Shown here: positions 14,336 through 28,409 of the stretch, one piece after another | How the letters are laid out: each line of letters starts with the position of its first letter | Numbering within the stretch: the stretch's first letter is position 1 | Origin: Octopus bimaculoides | Lineage: Eukaryota | Direction: 5' to 3' | Length of the DNA stretch: 64,000 bases | Assembly (NCBI RefSeq): GCF_001194135.2 | Contig: NC_068982.1 | Coordinates: 183,273,704 to 183,337,703 of the forward strand | Notes under the pieces: model-generated | Database searches by the model: none | What the model was told of the DNA's origin: nothing | Seen by the model: only the letters and a program-made list of their open reading frames with translations | Program-made: the position numbers and the translations under genes

Positions 14336-15951
14336 ACCCACTTGGTGAGTGAAAATGGTATAAATCCCTAAACACACGACGCTCTACCATTAAGCCAGAA
14401 ACATAATGAATCTATATCAACATGGAAATTAATGTACTCCACTAAAAGACACACATATACCACTTTAGCTTGTGATACATAACAATTTCCTCTGCTAAAT
14501 CCATTTTGCAGTGGTGCAGCATTTGTCTGAAATGACATGAAGTAATACAAGACACAGCCACCATGAGAGGGAACAAATTCAGCTAAAAAGCCCTGATGTA
14601 AGTGAAAGACTTTTAATATCCTTTTTAAGGATACGCTCCTTAAACTGATATGTTTCAACGGATAGGAAGTGGGCTAAGTAATAACGAAAAGACAGAGCTT
14701 AGTAGAAACCGTTTATTGATAGATATACACACACACATATATATATATATATACATAACAGGTGCATTTGTGCAAGATAAAATTAAAAAAATAAAATAAA
14801 AGATGAAAAAGAATTTGCACAAATAAAAAAAAAACAAGCAGTTTAGGTAGATGAAAAGATGTGCACAATTTTTAGTGATGTGAGAAAAAAAAATATTTCT
14901 GTTACATCAAAATATATTTAAGGCTAGTCACTCATATCAGGAACGAACACCGAGTGAAGTAAATTACAATATATCTGCTGCATTTATAGGCAGAGGTATT
15001 TTGAAATGGGAGAATATAGATGTATTAACATACACAGATATAAATGTGTGTGTGTGCATGTGTGTGTGTGTGTGTGTATGTGTGTGTGTGTGTGTATGTA
15101 TTCATTTACCATATATCAAGAGAGCATTGTGTTTAACTTAGCTTCTTGTGCATGCTGTGAGATAAACATCAAGAACGAAGCCAGAATTCTGACAAGATTT
15201 ACATCATAATATCAACCATTTATTTATCCCATGCAAGTGTGATAAACAGAATCAAGTGAAATGTTAAGGTTTTAATAACTGGATATATCCATCAATGGGG
15301 GGATTATATACTGACTTTGACATAATCTCTGCTAGAGATATATAGCTGTGCTATCATATTTAGCACAGCAGTGCAAATTAACTAAACTCTGGTTATTTAT
15401 ACAGCATTCTTGCATCTTGTAGTAGTTAATTCTACCCCCATCATGGTATCTATTCACAGCCAGGTGGACTGGAGCGTTCAATAGTTTAATTTGTGTTGGC
15501 CAGTAACAGTGACAGGCCAATAGTTTGGGCCATTAGTTCAACATAGAACGAATGGGACTACCTTTGATCCAATATGTGATAATCCATTAGTAATAACCAG
15601 ACTTGATAAACCTATATTGGAATTGGAAGACGTGGTTAATGCAGTTCCAACATCAAAAAGTAGTAGTAGTAGACGTAGTAAAACCCCAGATATTTCAATG
15701 TTCATTCATCCACATGAAACAAGATATCACCAATCTGTTGTTGATGTTGTTCAAATAATTGTTGGTAATATTGTTTTAAATATTGCTCAGTAATTAAAAA
15801 GGAAGCTTCTATGAGGTATGTATAATAAGAAATTGCATAGAAGAAATTACAGAAGCTACATTACTAGAGAACAATAGCAGAACAGATTTCACATATGACT
15901 ATGCGTGGTTAGCAAATCAAATGTGTGTATATTTCTCTTGATCCTCGCAGG

Positions 15952-15997
<46 letters not shown>

Positions 15998-16241
15998 AAC
16001 ACACACATATATATAAATACATACATATATATGTGTATACATGCATACATGTCTATAGTCTTATTAATATTTAGCAAAAGCAACAGAGTGACTCAAGGGC
16101 CCAGAGTTCCATGCACACATCAAAGTCATTAAAGTTTGATAAGAGCCTCTGCAAAATATTAATAAAAATATATATATATACTCATATTTGAGTTTTATTT
16201 TTTATGTTTACATCACCATACATACAGATACATACATACAC

Positions 16242-16277
<36 letters not shown>

Positions 16278-16385
16278 NNNNNNNNNNNNNNNNNNNNNNN
16301 NNNNNNNNNNNNNNNNNNNNNNNNNNNNNNNNNNNNNNNNNNNNNNNNNNNNNNNNNNNNNNNNNNNNNNNNNNNNNCACACACA

Positions 16386-16421
<36 letters not shown>

Positions 16422-16804
16422 TATATCACAATATGATCAACCTCTAAAGCTTTGGTAAGGCAGGCAGACTCTACCATACATTATATGATACATCTACTAT
16501 TTATTGTTATACAATCTACATGATATATTTTCTATATTGATATCAAGCCAACTGTATATGTGATAACACAGTATGCATAATACAGCATTTATAAAGAAGC
16601 ATATCACTATCTCTTGCAATGAACAATGTCAAGCATATATCTAGTAATAATATATGCATACAGAATGTTTCTTTGTTGAGTTGAAGGAGGAGGAGGGGGG
16701 TGTATAACAATCAGGATCATGATGATGATGATGGGCCAAATGGTAATGGTGGCGAGGATGGTGATTGTAATGATGATGATGATGACGAAGAGCTTTTGAA
16801 TACA

Positions 16805-16975
<171 letters not shown>

Positions 16976-17251
16976 TCAAATTCTGGCACAAGGCCAGTAA
17001 TTTTGGAGGGGAGGGGATTAGTTGATTACATCAACCAGTACATGACTGGTACTTTATTTTATTGAAAACAAAAATGATGAAAGGCAAAGTTGACCTTGGC
17101 AGATTAAAATTCAGAAGCTAAAGCATCTGAACCAAGACAATTTGTCCAGTGCCCTAATGATTTTAATAAGGATAATTAATGTTTCTAATAATGAATCATA
17201 AGACACTATTTATAAGAGAAATTACACAAAATAAAATATATAAACATAACA

Positions 17252-17311
<60 letters not shown>

Positions 17312-18430
17312 NNNNNNNNNNNNNNNNNNNNNNNNNNNNNNNNNNNNNNNNNNNNNNNNNNNNNNNNNNNNNNNNNNNNNNNNNNNNNNNNNNNNNNNNN
17401 NNNNNNNNNNNNNNNNNNNNNNNNNNNNNNNNNNNNNNNNNNNNNNNNNNNNNNNNNNNNNNNNNNNNNNNNNNNNNNNNNNNNNNNNNNNNNNNNNNNN
17501 NNNNNNNNNNNNNNNNNNNNNNNNNNNNNNNNNNNNNNNNNNNNNNNNNNNNNNNNNNNNNNNNNNNNNNNNNNNNNNNNNNNNNNNNNNNNNNNNNNNN
17601 NNNNNNNNNNNNNNNNNNNNNNNNNNNNNNNNNNNNNNNNNNNNNNNNNNNNNNNNNNNNNNNNNNNNNNNNNNNNNNNNNNNNNNNNNNNNNNNNNNNN
17701 NNNNNNNNNNNNNNNNNNNNNNNNNNNNNNNNNNNNNNNNNNNNNNNNNNNNNNNNNNNNNNNNNNNNNNNNNNNNNNNNNNNNNNNNNNNNNNNNNNNN
17801 NNNNNNNNNNNNNNNNNNNNNNNNNNNNNNNNNNNNNNATATATATATATATATATATATATAGGTATATCGATATATGTATTGCACAAATGGCACTGAG
17901 GATTTAAAACAACATGAACAACAACAACATTATTAACAACAACAACAACAAAAACAACAATTATTAAAAGTGAAGAAATCAAGACTGGCCTTTCTATTTT
18001 TTTTGTTTGTTTTTTTATTGCAATATTATATATATATATAACAGTGGTCGTGGGGAGTTGCTTTAGAGGGAAAGGATGAGGAAGGAGCTGGAAGACAATG
18101 GACAGAGAGAGCAGTGAGGGGAAGGGAGGAAGGCCAAAGAAAATAAACAAAAACGAATTGCATAGATTTAATATATATGTATTCCCATCCAACATGGAGA
18201 TGAGTAGCAATACTTCCATGTGACACACTTGAATAATTGTGAAGATTTCTTCGCATGAAACCATTGGTTACTTTGGGAGAGGGGAATATAGGTAAGAGAG
18301 AAATAACAGAAAGAACAGAATGGAGAGCTAACAGTATTTGCTACTATTGGAATCAGAGAAACAAATGAGAATATTTACGGTTAAGGCTGAGATTTGGGGC
18401 ATTGGGTTTCCTAGTTTTTGTTTTGCATAG

Positions 18431-18559
18431 AATTTAAAGGAAGAGCTATATAAACAGGTTTCATGTATTCTTTATGAGGATACACATAAGAAACTGGAAA
18501 AGCAGATCCCACCAAATTGGGACCACAAACTAAATTTTCCCAGACCCTTTTCCCCATGA
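18431..18559 (+). CDS. Candidate terminal coding exon: NLKEELYKQVSCILYEDTHKKLEKQIPPNWDHKLNFPRPFSP*
   Basis: Acceptor tttttgttttgcatag|A; only the phase-0 frame is open; AATAAA at 18564-18569 follows the stop directly. Product not recognised. Confidence 0.3.
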   Translation, partial: NLKEELYKQVSCILYEDTHKKLEKQIPPNWDHKLNFPRPFSP

Positions 18560-18667
18560 CAATAATAAAATTTACGGCACTGCAACAACTGAGATTGGCG
18601 GTAGATGAAAGTTGTACAAAGAGCATCTATGAAAGAATAACAACAATAAGAATAATAATAATAATAA

Positions 18668-18883
18668 TCCTTTCTGCTAAGGGCACAAGGGCTGAAATTT
18701 GTGAGGGAGCGGTCTAGTCAATTATAATGACTCCAGTGCTAGATTGGTACTTATTTTACTGGGGTTCTGAAATGATGAAAGACAAAGTTAGCTTTAGTGG
18801 AATTTGAACTCAGAATGTAAGGATGGACAAAAATGCTGATAAGCATTTGTCCAGTGTGCTAATGATTCTGCCAGCTCAACACC

Positions 18884-18918
<35 letters not shown>

Positions 18919-19128
18919 CCTTTCTACTAATGACATAAGGCCTGAAATTTCTGGGGAAGAGTAAGTTAATTACATCAACCCCTAGTACTTAACTGGTACT
19001 TAATTTATCGACATCGAAAGGATGAAAGGTAAAGTCGACCTTGGCAGAATTTGAACTCAGAACATGCAAACTGACAAAATGCTGCTAAGCATTTATCCTG
19101 GTTTGCCAATGATTCTGCCAGCTCCACC

Positions 19129-19188
<60 letters not shown>

Positions 19189-19190
19189 GT

Positions 19191-19221
<31 letters not shown>

Positions 19222-19640
19222 GTTTAACGTCTGCTTTCCATGCTAGCATGGGCTGGACGATTTGACTGAGGACTGGTGAAACCGGATGGCAACACCAGGC
19301 TCCAATCTAAATTTGGCAGAGTTTCTGCAGCTGGATGCCCTTCCTAATGCCAACCACTCAGAGAGTGTAATGATGATAATAATAATAATAATGATGATGA
19401 TCGTAATAATAATGGTTTCAAATTTTGTCACAAGGCCAGCAGTTTTTAAGGAGAAGGGGAAGTCGGTTACATTAATCCGTCTTCAACTGGTATTTTTTTT
19501 ATCAACTCCAAAATCAATGAAAAGCAAAGTCAACCTCAATGGAATTTAAACCCAGAAGAAAAGTCACTAACCATTTTGTCCAGCTTGCTAACAATTCTAC
19601 TAATAGTAGTAGTAGTAGTAGTAATAATAATAATAATAAA

Positions 19641-19674
<34 letters not shown>

Positions 19675-19885
19675 GTGATGAGCTGGCAGTATTGTTAGCA
19701 TGCTAGACCAAATATTTTGCAGCATTTCTTCTGTTTTTACATTCTGAGTTTCAATTCAACTGAGATCACCTTTGCCTTTCATCCTTTTGGAGTCAATAAT
19801 ATAAGCGCTGGGGGTTGATGTAATTGCCTAGTTCCCTCCTTCAAACTTTTAGGCCTTGTGCCTATAGTGGAAAGGATTATTATTT
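18668..19885. mobile_element. Cluster of (AAT)n-associated SINEs (family C) with one family B copy
   Basis: Repeated gagctggcagaatc...ttctgagttcaaatt...gactttgcctttcatcc...ggccttgtgcc units at about 18668-18890, 18915-19130, 19405-19600 (minus) and 19670-19885 (plus), separated by (AAT)n. Confidence 0.8.
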
Positions 19886-21778
19886 TTTCTTTTTTTTTTT
19901 AATTTGAAGGAACTTCAAGAACAACAATCTGGAAATAGGAAATGAAGTAAACCAAAACAATTTTNNNNNNNNNNNNNNNNNNNNNNNNNNNNNNNNNNNN
20001 NNNNNNNNNNNNNNNNNNNNNNNNNNNNNNNNNNNNNNNNNNNNNNNNNNNNNNNNNNNNNNNNNNNNNNNNNNNNNNNNNNNNNNNNNNNNNNNNNNNN
20101 NNNNNNNNNNNNNNNNNNNNNNNNNNNNNNNNNNNNNNNNNNNNNNNNNNNNNNNNNNNNNNNNNNNNNNNNNNNNNNNNNNNNNNNNNNNNNNNNNNNN
20201 NNNNNNNNNNNNNNNNNNNNNNNNNNNNNNNNNNNNNNNNNNNNNNNNNNNNNNNNNNNNNNNNNNNNNNNNNNNNNNNNNNNNNNNNNNNNNNNNNNNN
20301 NNNNNNNNNNNNNNNNNNNNNNNNNNNNNNNNNNNNNNNNNNNNNNNNNNNNNNNNNNNNNNNNNNNNNNNNNNNNNNNNNNNNNNNNNNNNNNNNNNNN
20401 NNNNNNNNNNNNNNNNNNNNNCCCCACTCTCAACAAGAGAACACATGTGTCTGCCAATCCTTCTGCTACCCTTTTTTTTTTTTTCCCCTCCATCATCCAT
20501 TCTGTTGTAAATGCAGTGTTGGAAGACATGGGAAGGGCAGGCAGAGGGTTGTATATAGCACTAATAATATGGATGAGAAAATCAGAGAAGTAAAAGAAGG
20601 CAATGATGGATCAATTCCACCTGGAAACCTTTAAGAAACATTCCATATATAACAACCAAAACAATTAAAAATATAAAATAATCACAAAAACACACAAAAG
20701 GGAACATTATCAACAATGTCTTATATATGTATATACAAATAGGAGTTAAAACAAACGGAAAAAGTACCCCAACACAAGTTATGAAGATTAAATATTTGTA
20801 TTAACAGCTTAACTCAGATCTGCATTATTAAATGTTTGACAAATGCAAAAAGCATTTCTGATCATTCAAACAAGATGAAACTGACTGATGAGAAAAACCA
20901 TGGCTTCTAAGTAAAGTTGATTGTCATTGAGTGAGGAGTAATGCTTATTCTTATTAACCAGTTCAGGTTACATAGAGGAGTCAGAAATTCAATGAGCAGT
21001 AGGTACTGTAGCAACTGCCAGGTAGCTACTGGATAGGAGACTACATCGATAAAAAGATAGTAGTCTCCCTTGCTTTTGCTAGAAGGAATTTTAAATTTCT
21101 GTAAAATTTATTAAATAGTGTAAACAACTGAGGCTTAAAAATTAGCTAACAGTGAGTTCCATTAATAACATCATTATGAAATTTCAATTTTCTGATAAAG
21201 GGAAGGCTAACAACAAGTTGTTGCAATATGTGAAGTTTTTGATACACACAAAGATGGCAGTTTATGTACTTTGGGTGAACAAGGAGGGAGCCTTGACAAA
21301 AATATACTAGGTTATACAGAGCAGGTATACTGTGAGTCACAAGTAATTTATCAAGATAACATTCAATGGGTTAACAGTTGCTCAGTAGATCATTGTCCCT
21401 CTTGCTCACCCAATACATAAAGCTACTGTCCTTGTCTCTATCTCTTAACAAAACTGAACTTTCACACTTCCACCTTCTACAGAGATCTCTGAAGCTAACT
21501 TTAAGCTAACAGTTGCTAACACTATTCCATAAATTTTACTGAAATGCTAAATTTCATTAGAACTTCTATAAACAAGACCAAAACTGGCAAATAAGAGCCT
21601 TATCTAATGATAATCAGAAACCATAGCTGATTCACCCCACTGAGCCTCACTGAATCTAAATGAGCAGAAGTGAATTTTGTGCCTGTGAGACTATTAGTAA
21701 TGCAGATTTAAGTCAAACAGTAAAGACAAATGTATGTGTGTGTGCATGTGTGTGTGTGCGTGCATGCACGCATATGCA

Positions 21779-21812
<34 letters not shown>

Positions 21813-22001
21813 ATTATGTACATACTCATGCATATATATCATATATCTCATATACAAGCATATATGAGATTTCAAGCTTTGGAATGAAAAAGAAATGGAA
21901 AAGGGATCTAGAAACACCGATTCCCTTCTTCAGAACACTAGCATCTTCGGTAGACAAGTTTCAATATTCTAGTCCCAGCACTCTTCTGTCTCACCATTTC
22001 C

Positions 22002-22045
<44 letters not shown>

Positions 22046-22049
22046 GACG

Positions 22050-22482
22050 ACTTCAAATTTTGGCACAAGACCAGCAGTTTTTATAGAGAGAGGGATTAAT
22101 CAATTACATCAACCCCAGTTCTAAAGATGGTACTTATTTTTAATTAGCCCCCAAAACTATGAAAGGCAAAGTTCACCTCGGCAGTATTTAAGCTGAGCAT
22201 GTAAAAATCTGGGAGAAATGCCACTCAGCATTTTGTGTAACATGCTAATGATTTTACCTGCTCACCACCCTATATAATCAGCCCTCAGATTTGGGTGGGG
22301 GGCAGTTTAGTCAATTAAACTGACCTCAGTACTTGATGGGTACTTTATGTTATCAACCCAGAAGGATGAAAGGCAAAGTTGACCAAGACGAAATTTGAAT
22401 TCAAAACATAAGAAGCCAAGATATATGACACAAAACGTTTTGTCCAATGCTCTAATGATTTTGCCAATCCACCATCCTTTTA

Positions 22483-22546
<64 letters not shown>

Positions 22547-22763
22547 TTTCTAATTTTGGTACAAGGCCAGCAATTTCGGGGGAAAGGATAAATCGATTAC
22601 ATCGACCCCAGTTGCTCAACTGGTACTTATTTTTATCAACCCCAAAATGATGAAAGGCAACGTCAACCTTGGCAGTATTTGAACTCAGAACTTAAAAGAC
22701 GGACGAAATGATGCTAAGCAGTTTGCCCAGTGTACTAACAGGTCTGCCAGTTCACCACTTTAC

Positions 22764-22798
<35 letters not shown>

Positions 22799-22977
22799 CA
22801 TTTCTATTATAGGCACAAGGCCTGAAATTTGGGAGAAGGGGGCCAGTCGATTAGATTGACCCCGGAAGGATGAAAGGCGAAGTTGAATTTGAACTCTGAA
22901 TGTAGTGGCAGACAAAATACTGCCAAGCATTTCACCCAGCATGCTAACGATTCTGCCAGCTCGCTGCCTTGATGATG

Positions 22978-22985
<8 letters not shown>
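22050..22985 (-). mobile_element. Head-to-tail chain of four family C SINEs
   Basis: Units at about 22055-22270, 22280-22480, 22545-22765 and 22800-22975, mostly joined by (AAT)n tracts. Confidence 0.8.
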
Positions 22986-23026
<41 letters not shown>

Positions 23027-23257
23027 TAAAGATGATGGTGAAGAGGAGGGGGAGGAGGAGGATGAAGACAAGTGTGCAGAAACATGCATGTGCAGTTAGT
23101 ATACATTATGTACGCTAAAGGGACATTTCTATCATATGGGCAACAACCAGGACTGACGAGCCAAGCTAGGATCTCAGGGTCTAGGGGTCTGATGGAGAGT
23201 TTCGTAAAGGACAAAAACACAAGAACAACAACAACAACAGCAACGTTAACATCAACG

Positions 23258-23295
<38 letters not shown>

Positions 23296-23468
23296 AACAA
23301 TAATAAATTTACTTGTAACTATGCTAGTATTATCAATAATAGGAATGATCAATGCAATGGTGATGATGGTGGTGGTGGTGGAATTAGCAGTTCTTTCTGC
23401 TTTGAACAGGCAGTGTGTCACCTAGCATATTGGTTGTTTAGGATCAAATACAGCCAATTGTCTTTGGG

Positions 23469-23499
<31 letters not shown>

Positions 23500-23951
23500 T
23501 TTTTATATACCCAATAAAATGAAAGGCAAAAAATGAATGTTTGCAGTACTTGAACCTAGAATAACAAGGCTCTGAACCAGACATTGTATAACTGTTCCCT
23601 AGTTCAGAGTTTTTACAGCTAGTGATCCAGCCTGTGCTTGATAGTAATGATGATAAGAATTTAGTTTTAACATTAGCACAAGGCCATCAATTTGAAAGGG
23701 AAATTGTAACTCGATAACTGAATTCATCAACTTCATTGCATAACTGGTCCATTTATCTTCTTATTCGTGTAGTGATGAAAACCAAAGTTGATTGCAGCCA
23801 GGATATGAACACAAAATGACTTCTAAAGCAGGCCTGCGAATATATTTCATTATATTGATCCCTGTAATTGACCGGTACTTTATTTTATCAACCACCCCCC
23901 CACCAGAAGGAAGAAAAACAAAAGTCAACTCAAGTGGAATTTGTACTCAGT

Positions 23952-23987
<36 letters not shown>

Positions 23988-23993
23988 CAAATA

Positions 23994-24028
<35 letters not shown>

Positions 24029-24508
24029 AATAATAATAATGATAATAATAATATCGATGATGATAACATAAATTAACAAGTATAGTTGTAATTTTAGTGC
24101 CGATATATGGTGGTGATGGTGATGAAGGTGATGATGATGATGATGATGATGATGATAAGGAGGCGAAAGATTGTAATAGTAATAATAATAGTAATAAAAA
24201 TATCAATAATAATAATAATAATAATAGTAATAATAATAATAATGTTCAAAGTGAAAGTCACAAAGATGAGAAAGTATGGAATGAGCAATGTAATCCAAAA
24301 GAGATCCGTCAGATTTTCATTGTAGCTAAAGCGTCTGGTTGTCGTGGTTATCTACCCCGAAGAGCTGATGGGGGTCGGAGTCCCTGTCAGCAGGTACCGA
24401 GGAGACAGCATCCTTTTGTACTTCTGTACGTGGTGTAGCCGATGGTAGATTTGGCCCGGGGTATACGATGTCCATTTAAAGGCTAGGGTAGTGGTGACGA
24501 TAGTAGTA

Positions 24509-24541
<33 letters not shown>

Positions 24542-24681
24542 GAAGTACTAGTAGTTGTAGTAGTAGTGGTAGTGGTAGTAGTGATGATGGTGGTAGTGGT
24601 ACTAGTAGTAGTGGTGGTGGTTTTATCCCGCGACCCATAATTTTTTGTAATACGTTTTTGTATATATATTTGCCGTCAATA

Positions 24682-24744
24682 TTACGATGTTGTTGTTGGG
24701 GCGGACGGGACAGCGCTATTTGGTTTCCATGTGATGATATACCC
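24682..24744 (-). CDS. Candidate terminal exon of a minus-strand gene; phase-0 reading GYIITWKPNSAVPSAPTTTS*, alternative phase-2 reading runs to 24483
   Basis: Very strong acceptor ttttttttgtttgtttgcag|G at 24745-24764. It lies in a locally CpG-rich unique block (24300-24750). The frame is uncertain. Confidence 0.3.
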   Translation of the reverse strand, partial: GYIITWKPNSAVPSAPTTTS

Positions 24745-25681
24745 CTGCAAACAAACAAAAAAAATAACAGGGAGATAGTTGATCATTCTGGTTGTTTACA
24801 GGTTTACAGGGAAGGGTGGGATTGGGTGGGGTTGGAAACGACAAGAGTTAAGGGGATTTTTTTGAGTAAAGCTGGAATGGCTTCACAGAAAAATGGGCTA
24901 AACCGGACGAGGGACTAAGGGAGAAGGCGAGAGACAATATAGGGGCCTCAGATGAGAATATTAAGTAACACAAGTGGGCTGGGGCGAAAACAATAGGATA
25001 TTTTTGCTTGTACACTCATAAAACACCCATAAACTACACGCACAAACTTAACACACAACTGTGCATGCATACACATAGATTCCTACACACAGAGATAGTG
25101 CACACATGCAGACAGACATATGCAGGCACATGCACACACACACACACACACACATATATACATACATACATACATACATACATACATACATACATACATA
25201 AACACACATACATAAACACACATACACATTTACACACATATTTCCATACAGAAGTACACAATCAAATGCACAATACATCAAAGAACACAATACATTGAAA
25301 TTTAAATTCCACACCACAAGTTGTAGTTTTCTTACCAGATACATTTGAAATAATGCATGTACACTTATATTTAACAAGATCAGGTACACTCAGAAGTGAG
25401 AAGACCTTTCATTGCTGAAATATTCTCGGGAGAAATTTCTCTTCATAGACAATATGCATGAAAACAGATTGGACTATGAATGACACCATCAAATAATATG
25501 ATGTATGCATTTCTGCATTGTTGCGCATTGTCAACTACAAATAACAAACTCATCCTTCACAACCATATAAGAACAATATATAGGAGCAGCAAATAGTAAA
25601 TATCTATCTATGTATCTATCATCTATCTCTATATATATACTCTACCCTCAGTATTCAAGCACTATATTTTTCACCTATGTG

Positions 25682-25722
<41 letters not shown>

Positions 25723-25777
25723 CGTTTTGGGATTTGGTTTGCAAGATTCTTTATGTGAATTCGTGTGTTGAAGCATA

Positions 25778-25962
25778 TTTTATTGTGCCTGGGGAGAGCC
25801 ATTCTCTTTTAGTGCCTTATTATTTAACACATTCACCAGTTCAATTTCCACTCTTTTACTTTTTTTTTTTCTATAAATAAGTAAATGAGTGGAAATTGAA
25901 CTGGCAAGTGTGTTAAATAATAAGGCACTGAAAGAGAATGACTCTCCCAAGACACAATAAAA
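25778..25962. repeat. Near-perfect palindrome (76-bp arms), MITE-like or hairpin RNA
   Basis: 25778-25853 versus reverse complement of 25887-25962: 69/76 identical; 33-nt AT-rich spacer; TA-rich flanks. Confidence 0.85.
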
Positions 25963-26030
25963 TATATATGTGTGTGTGCACGTGTGTGTGTGTGTCAGAA
26001 AGAGAGTGTGTATATGTGTGTGTAAGAAAG

Positions 26031-26074
<44 letters not shown>

Positions 26075-26107
26075 TGTGTGTGTGTATGTATGTGTATATA
26101 TGTATAT

Positions 26108-26153
<46 letters not shown>

Positions 26154-27914
26154 CAGTTTAACGTCCGCTTTCCTGGCATGGGTTGGATGGTTTGATTGAG
26201 GACTGGCTAGCCAGATGGCTGCACGTACAATATAAAGCTCATCCATTTTCAGATTTCCCCTTGTGCTATCCAGTAGTAGTATTATAAGCACATCCAGGTT
26301 TGCGTCTGGGCTTCTGTTATGTGTGAATAGATAATTGAAAAACTTTGGAGTCAACAAGAAGGAGTACAGTTGGACATTTATTTTCAATTACTACAATTGT
26401 TTCTATGCACTGTAGCTCTCCAGGCATGCAGGTACTTGATTATACAACTATTTCCCTGCATTATGAGATTTAGTTGTGTTTCCTCAAGCAATATGTAAAT
26501 ATTGTCTCCATAAGTTCAAACTCTTGGCTTCAGGAGCATCCGTTCTGTCTGTCATGGTCTGAACTCAGTAGTAGCCACTGAGTTTATCAAGAGCCTGTTG
26601 TTGCTGAAAGACCACTAGCAGATATTTTTATTCAATTATATATATAATCATCATCATCCTCATCATTTAACATCCGCTGTCCATGCTGGCATGAGTTGGA
26701 TGGTTTGACCAGGGCTGGCAAGCTAAGGGGCTGCACCAAACCCCAGTCTGATTTGGCATGGTTTCTATGGCTGGATGCCCCTCCTACTGCCAACCACTCC
26801 AAAAGTGTAATGGGTGCTTTTACATGTCACCAGCATAGATGCCAGTTGCATGATACCAATATCTGCCATGACTAGAATTTCACTTCGCTTGGTGGGCCTG
26901 CTTCTCAAGCATGGAATATTGTCAAAGGTCTCAGGCATTTCTCATTGCCTCCATAAAAGTACAGGTATGGTTAAGAATTTCACTTTGAAGCCACTTGTCT
27001 TCAGTTTCAGCCCACACTGCATGATACCTTGGACAAGTATCTTCTACGACAGCTCTGGGCCAATCAATGCCTCAGAATCAATTTGCTAAACAAAAACTGT
27101 GTGGAAGCACATCATATGTGCATGTGAATGCCTTTATGTATATTTGTCCCCTTGACAACCAGTGTAGGTTTGTTTACATTCCCATCACTTAGCAGTTTCG
27201 TGAAAGAACTAATAGAATACTTAGAATAGCACTGTGGTCAATTTGTTCAAATAAACCCTTCATGGTGGTGTCCCAATATGGCTGCTGTTCAATGACTGAA
27301 ACAAGTAGATTAAAGAATGCATTGTTTATCATTTTCATTTTCATATCAAACTTTTCCATTGAGGGGTCAGATTCATTACATCAGTTCCAGTACTTGACTG
27401 GTACTTTATTTTCTTGATTCAGGAGGGATGAAAAGCAAAACTGACCTTAGTGGGATTTGAACTCAGAGCTGGAACAATTACTGCAAAGCTTGATATCCCA
27501 ATATCATTAGCATTATCGAAACCTGATATCCCAATATCATATACAATATAGAGTTTGATGTCATGATAATATTAGCGGTAAGAGATTGCTTGATAGATTT
27601 AATCTGCTAATCCATTTTAACGCCATCAAGTGGCCCTTGTGTGCCTTTAATGAAGACCATTTAGTTTGCAAACATCTGAGCCATAACTCTGATTTGAGGA
27701 CACCTTCTTTAGTTGCTCCAATTTATTGCAGTGTGCCTGTAAAGGGTCATGGGAACACCTCTTGTCTAAGAGATAAAAAAAAAAATTACACACACACACA
27801 TAGCCATAGAAATCATGTCAAAGTCGACAGTCTTCTGGCTCATTGGATTTTGTGGAACTGTCCAAGCTAAGCCATCATGGGCATTAAATAATGATGAAGA
27901 CACTGGTGACGTAT

Positions 27915-28405
<491 letters not shown>

Positions 28406-28409
28406 TCTC

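Noticed and set aside
14512-14597. Plus-strand exon with strong acceptor and GTAAGT donor
   Set aside because: Stops occur in all three frames. It could be non-coding, and the overlapping minus-strand frame from 14592 has no recognisable homology or clear donor.
21036-21068. Short hairpins GGAGACTAC...GTAGTCTCC and TTCATGCCT...AGGCATGAA (54431-54472)
   Set aside because: 9-bp stems are expected by chance in 64 kb; no other support.
26225-26630. Possible degraded transposase
   Set aside because: Only faint motif resemblance across broken frames; not supportable.
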